This document shows positions 39,801 to 50,100 of a DNA stretch of 60,761 nt, piece by piece. Both the position numbers and the translations under genes were made by a program. The notes beneath the pieces were generated by a model. It was not told the origin of the DNA, did no database searches, and saw nothing but the letters and a program-made list of their open reading frames with translations. Location of the stretch: positions 1 to 60,761 of IMG/VR virus record IMGVR_UViG_3300009514_000027; one strand, 5' to 3'. Each line of letters starts with the position of its first letter. The stretch's first letter is position 1. Source of the stretch: a virus (lineage: Duplodnaviria > Caudoviricetes).

Positions 39801-40134
39801 ACAGAATCTTACTAAGTTTGAAAGTTTTAGTTCAGGATTAAATGCTTTGTCTGCTAAGATAAATAATATGTATGAAGGAAATTCTAATAATTATCCTCTA
39901 GGCATTTCTATAGATTCTTTTGGAAAGAAATACTCTACAGCTCCAGAATCTTCTGCAAACTTGTTAGCAAATATAAAACGTATCTATTCTGAAAAAGGAA
40001 AAGATACTTCTTGGATAACTTTAAATACTCCTTACAATGATATTGATAAAGATGTCCTTATGGAAGCTATTATAGCTAAAGAAGACGGAAAAGTATACAA
40101 AGTACTGAGTGATAATAAAGTTTTCTCAAGATAG
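36871..40134 (+). CDS. large cargo protein with putative C-terminal lysozyme-like domain
   Basis: 1087 aa, N-terminal YVDQFIPLP, C-terminal KNLGNI...F.SF..G..AL...AIIAKEDG. Confidence 0.65.
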   Translation: MAISPFYQTQQSSQYVDQFIPLPLDFYQAQLERKQESLDKAKLIAEDSKNKLFVQPGPSTTPHADKINSYFGGKSSEIVSDLITGKDSPTITLGKVANLQKEFQTNPEVQAVALDNQLTAEAGKLVNSEGFDNNYQEFFNKQTRTFNQIPADQPISKNDILTRYNSVAPQNYSEGLMKMGMSAIISQIDNADPTYGIQYVPDPVTGKSVATYKTTDGSIKYFTRELANEKLSANDEALTHQLYNSYAGEKWGAYYNTPNVRGTKTEKGIVPPSEKVFKQDILDAMEGQYFENTTKGKVGGRPVGGSSGKGTHSKIDLREVPITISTVHTTESPEGKVNTIYTTPETLPPIYFKHDENDDVIYNEDKTGQKANYKDFDVNIKNYMANFDTYQSISDNVLSKLPGFSGLTTAAKSEIAQLLEKRGKNIDENGNPIIAEIPTDIHSDLYKKEGIKDKILEIYRNDFKDRPITVSEDQIESDILQLNKDIADAAGAIRKKASVDLETKNALNGTGDYKGHGILTPEEKAFENPLGKEAIPIRKEYYKNAISDLVNSSNITGESVIDAIAYFFRGSIPTIGKANKEDIIKLVNSTTSLNNGKYVIDDKKISKNFETIDETFNKILGNNVLTQKVYSYTGFNPSYQKILQNKKDAVREDIFNAQTTLLEKNKQIPVFTYIEGVYDPREDITTQEKDSPMAKIEKKFRGLLMPYKRGVVDMAGKTNYVYDQSPILNSVRITDLQGNLVDVTSGIRGVLSDGIIFDDADGRFKVTGNLLDSEGNVIMDDKTGKPKVVKTDFNSNDFTDNLRKSLGAPGMDRITMGNSINSMMDAYMISENGKAKWKSSTFIPGADMTLIRSNSGENTQWRADFHLDDAVSNQLVNVAPSGSEQKLVTIKDLLELNDEGNYSKPNITTKTQLGNEVFKFYSIMNQLSKQMSTKLSTEKNNLLSPTIEKQLSNIGSLATKYKNLGNITDNVGTGKGVQNLTKFESFSSGLNALSAKINNMYEGNSNNYPLGISIDSFGKKYSTAPESSANLLANIKRIYSEKGKDTSWITLNTPYNDIDKDVLMEAIIAKEDGKVYKVLSDNKVFSR

Positions 40135-40136
40135 TC

Positions 40137-43100
40137 ATGGCAGACATAGCAGAAAATTACCCTTACATTTCTATTAATCAATCTACAGGACTTACCGGAG
40201 AAGATAAGAATAGACCTATAAATAGTCCAGATGGTGTTCCTTATATTGATATTTCAGGATTCGGTAGTAGGGATTTTGAAAAAGTTTCTTCTATAAAATC
40301 TCCTTATAGTACAGAAACAATTTCAGAGTTTGGTCCTCAAATTCCTTTAGGCGCAACTGAAAATGAACTAAGATATCAGCGGGCAGACAGACAACCTTGG
40401 TATCAACAGTTTGCTAATTCTCTTGGACAAGCAGTCATTGGTGAAGGTATAGGAGGTACATTACAAGGGTTTGGATATTTGGGAGATGTAGCAAAAACAG
40501 TAGATACTATTGAAGGAACTAACCAGGATTTTGGAAACTTACTTGTAGATTGGGGAAAAGGAATAAGAACATGGTCTGAGGAAGCAATGCCTATCTATAC
40601 TAAGCAACAGGGAGGATGGCATCCTGAAGACAGTGGATGGTGGGCTAAAAACTTTGTATCTATAGGTTCTACTCTAGGACTTCTTATTCCTGCAGGGGCA
40701 GTTGGTAAAGGAATATCCGCACTTGGTAAATTTACTAAGTTACTGTCAGAGTCAGGAAAGATAGCATCCTGGGCAACAGAAGCAACTACAATGGCTCTTA
40801 CTTCTCGTCATATGGAGAATATGATGGAAGCTTCTCAGACATTTGATGAGACATATAGGGATTTAAAAGCCAGAGGTATTCCTGACGCTACTGCTAAACA
40901 GGAAGCTGGTAAAGCAGCCAGTAATACTTATATTGCTGACTATGCTATGTTGGCACAGGATATGTTGCAATATGGTTTCCTTTTAAGAGCCCCAAAGATT
41001 TCAACCAAGGCATTTAGTCCTTCAGTAGCAAGGGCAATGGGTAAGTCTGTTCCTCTTGTTTATGGAAAAGTTGCAGCAGGAATAGCACTTGACATGGCAG
41101 GGGAGGGTTTTGAAGAAGGGTATCAACAGGTTGTACAGAACGAGTCTAAACATATGGCAAGAGTGCATATGGGACTTGAGAAAGACACACCATTTTATGA
41201 GAATCTTAAAACATATGCACAAGACAGTGATGTATGGACAAATGCTTTATTTGGAGCTTTAGGAGCAGGAGTATTTCAGACAGTGGGTCATAGTGCAATG
41301 GAAGCTATTACCGGAGATGGTAAGAAACAAAAGAAGTATGATGAAGCAAGAATAAAAGAATTTAAAGATAGAGAGGAAAGGATTACACACCTTCGTAAGA
41401 GAGCAGATGAAGCAGCAGAAGCAGGGGATAAGGATGCTTACCATTTTATCCAAAATACTCTTATGCCTCTTGAAATAGGGATGAAGGCAGCAAGTCTTGG
41501 TAATATGGACTCTGCAATAAAGACTTTTGAATCTCATATGGCAGCATCCCCTGAAGAGATGGCTAAACTTGGAATAGATGAAGAATATAAGAAGAATATC
41601 CCTAATGTAATAAGAGACCTTAAAAGTATAGGTAAGTATTATGATGAGGCATCATTAGCACACTCTCCTTTAGTAGTAGATGATATTGTAAGAACTAAGT
41701 ATCTTATAGATAAACTAGGAGAGAACAGGCAAGAGATAAAAGGCAGGATTTCAGAATTAGAGTTAAAGAATAGTCTTGCAAATGATAAACTTACACTTAC
41801 AGGACAAGATATCCTTACTACTAAAACTACATTAGATAGTATAGATAGGCAGTTATCTTTAAATAAGTTTAGAAAAAAATACTACCTTGCAAATGGTATA
41901 GGTAAGAATAACAGACTTATTTCAGAAATTGATGGTGCAATAAAAGGTCTGGAACAACGAAAGGTAAACAATACTAAGAAACTAAACACTCTTTCTAATA
42001 GTTACAAAGAAGCAGGACTTACTGAAGAAGAAAAGAAACAGGATTCTGAATACATAGACCTTCTTTATAAAGGAGATTTGGCAAAAGAGAAGTCTCGTTT
42101 AGAAATGCATGATGAGGAGATTGTAAATCTTAATAAAGACCTACAGAAGTATAAAACTCCTGAGTATGAGCAAGAGTTACAAAAAGCCTATGATGAACAT
42201 AAAACTGAACAGGAATTTAAAGACCTTTCAGAAAAGCTTTCTAAAGCAGATAAGATTGAAGATATAGAAAGGGATTACAATAAGATAAAGGATTCTTTGT
42301 TCTACAAGAATAACGAGAAGCATGCTAAAGGTATAGATAAGGTATACACAGAAAGGAAAGGACAGTTACAGAAGGAGGCAATTATTGAGAAAGAGAAAAA
42401 GGATAAAACTTCAGAACCAGTTGTAACTCCTGCTCCAAAACCAAAACCTGTAGAGGATATTCCAGAGGATACAAGAGTATCAGAAGGATTTTCTGAAGAA
42501 GGAGACCTTTTAGATTTTGTAGGAGAACAGGAGGCTAAGAAAGTAATCAGAAAGAAAGAAGAGACAGAGATTCCTATAGACAAGGATGACTTAAACACTC
42601 TTACTAAAGAGACAGACGTATCTTCTAACAAAGAAGAGTTTGGAGACGGTGTAAGAAAGAAAACTAATATCCTTACAGGAGCAAGACAAGATGTAAGGTC
42701 TACAGGGAAGAATTTCATAGACCAAAGAGACGAGAATGGAAAGATTATTGTAAACAAAGACGGAGACCCTTTACTGTTTTCCTCTACAGCTTTCAATCTT
42801 GGGGATGAATTAGAGATATTCTGGGATAAGGACTATGAAAAGCAAGAAGATATTGCAAATGAATCTGCTCCTCCAAAAAGAAATGTAAATAACTATGCTT
42901 TTGCCGTAAGGCGTAAAGGTGCAGATAAGACTGCTTTCTATGTACATAAGCTTAACGGAGACTCAGAGACTACTAAAGACGGTATAGACTCTAATATAAG
43001 CAGATTTATCTATGAGGAGAAAATTAATGGCAAGAGGAGTGATATAAATCTCAGGATAGAACAAAAGAAACTTGAAGAGTTTAGAGCAATTCTTGCAAGA

Positions 43101-44150
43101 GAGCTTGTAGTAAGGAAAAGAGGAACTGTTGGAATAATTGTCAATAGTAAGTCCATAGGGCATATACTTGAGAATGGAGAGAACACTACAACTTCCTTTG
43201 AAGCTTTTGGTAAGGATTCCAGAGTAACACTCGGTATTACACAAAGAGATGGGTTTGCAAGTGAACCTGAAGATAAGAGTACAACTATCCGTAAGAATGT
43301 TTCTATGGATGGTATGAAAGGTTATAGACCTGGTGGAGTTGTAGTATGGCTACCTACCTTAAACAGGGAAGAAGGAAAGGTCATACATGCACCATTTCAG
43401 GTGGCTATGGACACTATCTCCAGAGTAGATGCAGAACATATCTATGACCTGTTAAACCTCTCAAATAACCAGATTAAAGACCTTAATCTTGGAGACGATA
43501 TAAGAGGTGTAAGAGATTTACTGGACAGGTATTTTATCTTTAACAAGCAGTTTCAGGTAAAGAATGGGGAGTTCAAGCCTATTGGAAGAGGAGAAGGGTT
43601 TGTTACAAAAGGTGTAAACATTAAGACTGGCAGGGAAGAGATAATTCCTATGCTTATGAATTTTCACTACAACGCAAGCAAGAAACTTACAATAGATAGT
43701 AATAGTACCTATCCTATATTGGAAGTAGTAGATGGAAAGGTAAGTATAAAAGAAACTATTCCTTATAAAGAATGGCTACTGAAACATACTATTACCAATA
43801 TTTCAAGTGATACTACTACAGATATTAATGGTAATGAGGAGACATTCTACTTTGTACAACCTAACATAGGATTTGATTTTAGTAAAGAAGAGAAGGAAAC
43901 TTTAAAGAGACAAGGTAAAGGTGTAGAGGAAAAAATAACTAAAGAAAAGAAAGGAAAAGAAGCAGTACCAATTCCTGCAAGTATAGCAAATCTTATAGGA
44001 AATGCCAGACTGAATCCTAAAAAGGCAAAGGAAACTGCGGGTTCCGCTAAAGATACAGAAGGGAAGACAACTACTGAGGAAACTAAGTCTGTTGACCCCG
44101 CAACAAGAGAAGAACAAGAGAAATTTTGTAACCCTAAAGGAAAGAAATAA
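40137..44150 (+). CDS. large cargo protein (membrane-interacting ejection protein)
   Basis: 1337 aa. G/A-rich amphipathic/hydrophobic N-third, EGFEEGYQ motif, long coiled coil. Confidence 0.65.
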   Translation: MADIAENYPYISINQSTGLTGEDKNRPINSPDGVPYIDISGFGSRDFEKVSSIKSPYSTETISEFGPQIPLGATENELRYQRADRQPWYQQFANSLGQAVIGEGIGGTLQGFGYLGDVAKTVDTIEGTNQDFGNLLVDWGKGIRTWSEEAMPIYTKQQGGWHPEDSGWWAKNFVSIGSTLGLLIPAGAVGKGISALGKFTKLLSESGKIASWATEATTMALTSRHMENMMEASQTFDETYRDLKARGIPDATAKQEAGKAASNTYIADYAMLAQDMLQYGFLLRAPKISTKAFSPSVARAMGKSVPLVYGKVAAGIALDMAGEGFEEGYQQVVQNESKHMARVHMGLEKDTPFYENLKTYAQDSDVWTNALFGALGAGVFQTVGHSAMEAITGDGKKQKKYDEARIKEFKDREERITHLRKRADEAAEAGDKDAYHFIQNTLMPLEIGMKAASLGNMDSAIKTFESHMAASPEEMAKLGIDEEYKKNIPNVIRDLKSIGKYYDEASLAHSPLVVDDIVRTKYLIDKLGENRQEIKGRISELELKNSLANDKLTLTGQDILTTKTTLDSIDRQLSLNKFRKKYYLANGIGKNNRLISEIDGAIKGLEQRKVNNTKKLNTLSNSYKEAGLTEEEKKQDSEYIDLLYKGDLAKEKSRLEMHDEEIVNLNKDLQKYKTPEYEQELQKAYDEHKTEQEFKDLSEKLSKADKIEDIERDYNKIKDSLFYKNNEKHAKGIDKVYTERKGQLQKEAIIEKEKKDKTSEPVVTPAPKPKPVEDIPEDTRVSEGFSEEGDLLDFVGEQEAKKVIRKKEETEIPIDKDDLNTLTKETDVSSNKEEFGDGVRKKTNILTGARQDVRSTGKNFIDQRDENGKIIVNKDGDPLLFSSTAFNLGDELEIFWDKDYEKQEDIANESAPPKRNVNNYAFAVRRKGADKTAFYVHKLNGDSETTKDGIDSNISRFIYEEKINGKRSDINLRIEQKKLEEFRAILARELVVRKRGTVGIIVNSKSIGHILENGENTTTSFEAFGKDSRVTLGITQRDGFASEPEDKSTTIRKNVSMDGMKGYRPGGVVVWLPTLNREEGKVIHAPFQVAMDTISRVDAEHIYDLLNLSNNQIKDLNLGDDIRGVRDLLDRYFIFNKQFQVKNGEFKPIGRGEGFVTKGVNIKTGREEIIPMLMNFHYNASKKLTIDSNSTYPILEVVDGKVSIKETIPYKEWLLKHTITNISSDTTTDINGNEETFYFVQPNIGFDFSKEEKETLKRQGKGVEEKITKEKKGKEAVPIPASIANLIGNARLNPKKAKETAGSAKDTEGKTTTEETKSVDPATREEQEKFCNPKGKK

Positions 44151-47100
44151 TGGCTGTAAGGTGTCCAAATATACAAAGTAAGGAGTGGAAAAGAATGCTA
44201 CTATCTTTAGGTAGTACTAATGCATGGAATCTATTCATTGCCAATGGTGAGAGTGTTCCTTCTATGGATACCATTGACGATGTTATAAGAAACTTCAAAA
44301 ATGAAACTAATGACATACAGAGTTCTGTAGTTAAAGGGCTATCTCCTATGGAGGAACACTATGCTATGAGGAGTATAGGCAAGATGATATTTGACAGTAT
44401 CCTTGAGAAGCCTAATATGACTATTGACCAAAGGTTTGAAAGTGTTAGAGAGACTCTTACTGCATGGGAACAGTATCATAGGGACGTAGCAGAGAAAGTG
44501 TTAGAAGGAGAAGAGCAGGATGCCTATCTTAACTTTGCAAACAGTACAGAGAAACTATTAGACCCAGAGGCGTTTGACCAGTTAAAGTCTAAGATTACTA
44601 ATGATGTCAGGAAACAACTTTCTGCACTAGATTTTGCAGACGAGTCTATAGATGAAGACCAGAAAGTAACTAAGGGAGAAAATTATGGTAAAGAAAACTT
44701 TCTTATAGACAATAAACGTAAAGTAAGTAGAAGACTAAAAGGATTTATAAGTTATATTGAAGATGTTATATTTGATGAAAACAATGAGTTACAGCCCAGG
44801 CTTAACTCTTTTAACTTACCTATGTACATTCCTTTTAGCAGTGTGTACAGTTCTTTATCTTACCACCTTGCAAATACTTCGTTTGATGGTATGGCTGCTA
44901 AACTGGAAGCTATAGGTAAGTACAATCCAGTAATTAAACAGATAGCAGATAAACTTGAGAGTCTAAAAGAAGAGACAGGATTAGACCAGGTTTCTATCTA
45001 TAAGGAGTTCATGACTAACTTCAAGAAACAACATTTGAAGTTTACCACTACTAAACTAGACCAGCAGAATTTCAAATCCCGTGTATTCTATAGTAATAGA
45101 AATAATGCTGAAAGTATTGTACTTAGTCAATGGCAAGAGAAGGTTAAGGTTTTTGCTTCTTCAAAAGACTCTGTGCTAAAGCATGATGCTAACTCTAATA
45201 TCTTTCCAAATAAAGAAAGGATTACATCTATTGTAGAGAACTTTAGAAGCGAAGAAACTAAAATAACTAATGACAATAGTTTAACTGCAAGAGAGAAAGA
45301 GAGTAAGACTGTCAGACTTACCATAGACACACTTGCTAAGTTAGGGATTACGTTTGAGAATAACATCTATGACGTTATTACTACTAACCCTAAACTTATA
45401 AACTTTGAAGAGTTTACTCCTAAAGCTTTTATTGCCTCTTCTAAATATGTATTTAAAAGATTTGATAACCTCATATCTAACAAATTATTCGTAGAACAGA
45501 ATCCTTTTATAGAGGGAGAAGAGTCTAAGAATTTTAGACTACTGGCAGCAGTAGCACTATCTACTTCTAATGCTTTCTTTTCTACAAGTTTCTTAAATGA
45601 GGAGTCAAAGAATATCTATGCTATAAGTAATAACTCCTTTATGTCCACTACTTATGATAAGCTAATGGATGGAAATGAATACATAGAGAAGTTACAAAAG
45701 CTTTCTGTATACCATGAGGATAGTTATCTTCTTGAGCAGTTAAAAAATCCCACATTCAAGAAGAACTTTGAAATAGTATTTAAGTCTGTGTTCAACACAG
45801 AGCACTCAAGTAAACAGGGTAAGCCTTTTCAGGAATTAGTAGAATCCGAGAGATGGCTAGTAAAGATAATAGACTTTCATAATTCAGGAAAGGAAAAAGG
45901 ATACTTTCAAACTCCTACCTATGGGGATAGGAAAGTAGTTACATTTGTAGGAATGCCTAAACTTGAAGGAAGGATTCATAATGGAGAGGTACAGGGAAAG
46001 GTGTTAGATGTCATGTATAGGATATTCTTATCTGAGAAGAAAAGTATAGACCAGGCAACAAAGCATTTAGAGGAGTTTAAGAATGACCCTAAGAAGTTAC
46101 TTCTTAACTACCATACTGGAGAAAAGACGGGACTAAAGTTCCATCTTCTTCCTTTCATGAACGACTTCAAGATTAATGGTATTCCTATTGCAGAGATAGA
46201 GAATTATGAAGGATATAAAACAGAGATTAAGAAAGCTATCAGTGACTATATGATAGAAAGAGTAAGGGATGATATTAAAACTCTTGAACGTCTTGGACTG
46301 TATGAAAAAAGAAACACCTTTAAGGAAAAGGTTTCAAAAGAAGTATTCTTTGAGAACTTCTTACTTAACTATCAGGCTGCATATGCAGGAATGTACCAGA
46401 TATTTTCTAATAATATAGCGCAGTCAGAAGGATTTACGAAAGGTTCTAAACGGAATGCTCTTATTCTTTCTTCAGGGACAAACATATTTCATACTAAAGA
46501 AGACTTAGGAATTAAGAGTCTTACTGTAGGAGATGTAAAGTTTCTATTAAGAAGGAGAGAGGCTATAAAGAAAGCTCTTACAAAGGAATTTGAGGAAAGA
46601 GGTAAGAATGTAGGTATAACTATTCCAGAGTCAAGAGTAGATGAAATACTCTCAAACTTTGATGATACTAATATCACAGACTCTCAAGCTTATATGTCTA
46701 TAAAGTTCTACAGAGAGTTTATGGATAGGTTTGGTAAACTTACTCCTGAACTTGCAGATATTCTTGATAAGGCAGAAAGTGGAAAAAAGATTTCTATAGC
46801 AAAATTCATAGAGGCAAACTCTCTTAATCCTGTAAAACCTGTATATGTAGCAGATGTCTATGATGAGGACTTAAAGATGATGGTAAGAAGAGTATATAAA
46901 TTCTCTGCTTTTCCTCTGTTTAAGCAACTTACTGAGACTATTGAGGAATACAACGACCTTGACCAGTTTCGTCAGGAAGTAGAGAATAGTGAAGTAGATA
47001 TGGTATTTTATGAATCTGCAAGTAAGGTAGGGACTAACAATATTCACCAGTTCTATGACGAGGAGTATCTTGTTAATCCTATAAAGAAAGAAGATGTACA

Positions 47101-50100
47101 GACTATACCTTGGGAAGGAATGTTCCTACAACAGGAAAATCCTTATGATGAGGATAAAGACTCTATTACAGGAGGTTCACAGATATGGAAACTTATTACA
47201 GGAGACCTTCTTGACCCTCAAGTAGGAGATATAAAGTTTGATGTTGGGGATAAGAAAATAGGAGCAAGAGAAATACACCAATTCCTTAATGACCTTTATT
47301 CTACTAACATACAAGAAGATTATAAAGCTCTTTTAGAGGAGTTTGGTATTAAGGAGTATGAAGGTACTGAGAATAAGAGATATGAGATAGTAAGTCTTAA
47401 AGCATTAAAGGATGTCCTTCTTAAAGAGGCAGTAGAGAGAGGATACTCCCTTACGTCATTAGTAGCATTAGAGATAGAAGTGAATAATGTTACGAAGGAA
47501 GAAAACTTTATAATCCCTCTATCCTTTACTCCTAATAGTATACAGTTTGAGAGTATGTTAAACTCTCTTATTTCTAACAGGATGAAGCAGCATCTTAGAG
47601 GAAGGTCTTATGTACAAGGTTCCCCTAATGGATTCTCTACTACCTTAGACCAACTTTCTGAAGGTGTAAGAAGTAAGATTGAATGGGCAGAAGGAAAGAG
47701 TGGTATAGAATATTACCGTATAGGAAGAGATGGTAAGACATTACCTATGCAGATACTTATTCCAAATGCTTATAAGAAGTATGTAAAGGGCGGAAGATTG
47801 TCTCCAGAGTTTGCAAGAATTATAGGATTCAGGATTCCAACACAAGCATTTAACTCTATGATGTTTGCAGAGGTAGTTGGTTACTTACCTGATGAGGCTG
47901 GTAATCTTATGATAGTACCTCACGAATTTCTTAAACAGACTGGTGGGGACATGGACTTTGATAAAGTCTATACTTACAATAGACATGGATATAACAACAC
48001 TGTTCCAAAACAACCGCAGGAAGAACTTGAGAGAGAGTATCAGAATTTCATATCTACGGAAAACTGGTCTTCGAAAGCAAAGAAAGAGATTATAAGAAAA
48101 AATATAGAGAATTTTGATGATGTTCGTGGAAGACAAGAATGGGCGAATATCCATGAAATGTATTATTCTAAAGAGGAAGGTAAATTCTTTATGCAAAAAG
48201 GAGCAGGAGATTACGTACCTGTAAAATATAATTACGAGCAAGCTCCACAAGAGAACACAAGAGAGCAAAGAGAGAATGCCTTATTAGACCTTCATATGTC
48301 TATTATGGAGCACCCTATGATGCTTTCAAGACTTATAGATGTAGATACACAAAAACCTATTACTGATGAGAATGACGCTATAGATAAGACTCTATCTGCA
48401 ACTAAGAAAGATAAACATCCTCTTTCTATTACAGAACAGGACAAGCTCTATGATAGTAACAATGCTGGTAAAAGCGGTAGAGCTACAGCAACATTGCATA
48501 GTAGTTATCATGCTATTAGCCAGTATATCCCACTTCAGGTAAGAATCTATATAAAGACAAAGGCAGGACTTATGCCTAATGTAGCAGGTGTAAAGTTCTT
48601 AAACGAGAAAGGAAATATTATACAAGCAAAAAAAGAACAAGGAAATTCATGGGCAGGCTCTTATATGCTTAATAAGGTAAGAGGACATGGAGGACATCTT
48701 ATATCTGATGTTATCAGATGGATACAATCTGCTACTCTTGATAATGCTACAAAAGGAGAACTAGGTAGGACTAAACTTGACGACAATACTCTAAATACTG
48801 CTATGTATATAGCAAGAACAGGGTTTGGAATAGACTATATTGCAAGATTCTTCAGACAACCTGCTATACAGGCTTATTCCAGAAATCTTAATAATAAAAA
48901 AGCTTTCTTTGCAAGGTATAATGATAAGATGGAAGATGAGGTTACTACTGAACTTCTTTTAGATAACGTAAATAAACTCAGGGATACCAGAGTTATTAAG
49001 GACGAGAGTGTTTTTGAAAAAATGTCACAGATAGACTTTACAGACTTTGATGGTGTATCTCTTGAAGAGATGAATAAATTTCTTATCTTAAAAGAGAAGA
49101 TAGCAGACAATACTGCAACAGAAGAAGAGAAAGCAATTTACTATCAAGGACAGATAAAGATTGTAAAAGCTTTCTATGTGTATAAACAAACTGCTGACAA
49201 TCTAATGGCTTCTATGACTCCTACAAACACTGATGTAAAAGGTGTAGGAAAGAACTATCACGCAGTTCTTGAAAGAGTAAGAGGTCTTGATAGTCTTAAA
49301 GATTTACCTCTTATAGAGAATGCAGAGTTATTGCTTGAAAATACCTTTCTTGGTAAAGTAGCAGAACTTGGTGTTAGAACAGCAAAGGATATTTTTACAG
49401 ATACTAATATTCTGTATTATAACACAGACTTGTTTAAGACTGTATATGACCTTGCTAAAGATGCAGAAATATTTTCTAAAACAGGAAGGATTAGTGAAAG
49501 TAGGTTTAATGACTTACGAAGGGATTTTACAACCTTTCTCTCTACTCATAATGAGAATGGGATATTCAATGACCTGTTTGACGATTATGCAACTGACAAT
49601 CTAAGACATCTGAGACAGTCTTTGTTATTTGGAAAGAACTCTTTAGCTGCCAGACTTTCTAAGTATAGAAAGAAGATAAAAGACGGAGAGACAATAGAGG
49701 GAGAATGGCTTATAAATAATCTTCTTTTAGATATTACGGGATGGGAGAATACTCCTGACTCTATACAGTATAATAGTTCTAATATAGAACAGGAAGAAGC
49801 TCCATTAGCAGAGAACTCTCTTATAGAGATGAATAACTCTGAGAATCCAGAGACAAGACAACTTGCAAGAGACCTGATTGCTTATATCTATATGACAGGA
49901 GGTACAGTTGCTTCTGTAAGAGGACTATCTTCTATTATCCCATCTTCTTACCTTAGAAGAAAAGGTTTTGGAACTTTTTATAACGAAAATTTGGTAATCT
50001 TGTCAAAAGTTAGTATCTTTGCAGATAGATTCTTTGACCAGTTTATGAGAAATAACCCTAAATATATTAAGACTATAGATATCAATGACATAACTATAGC

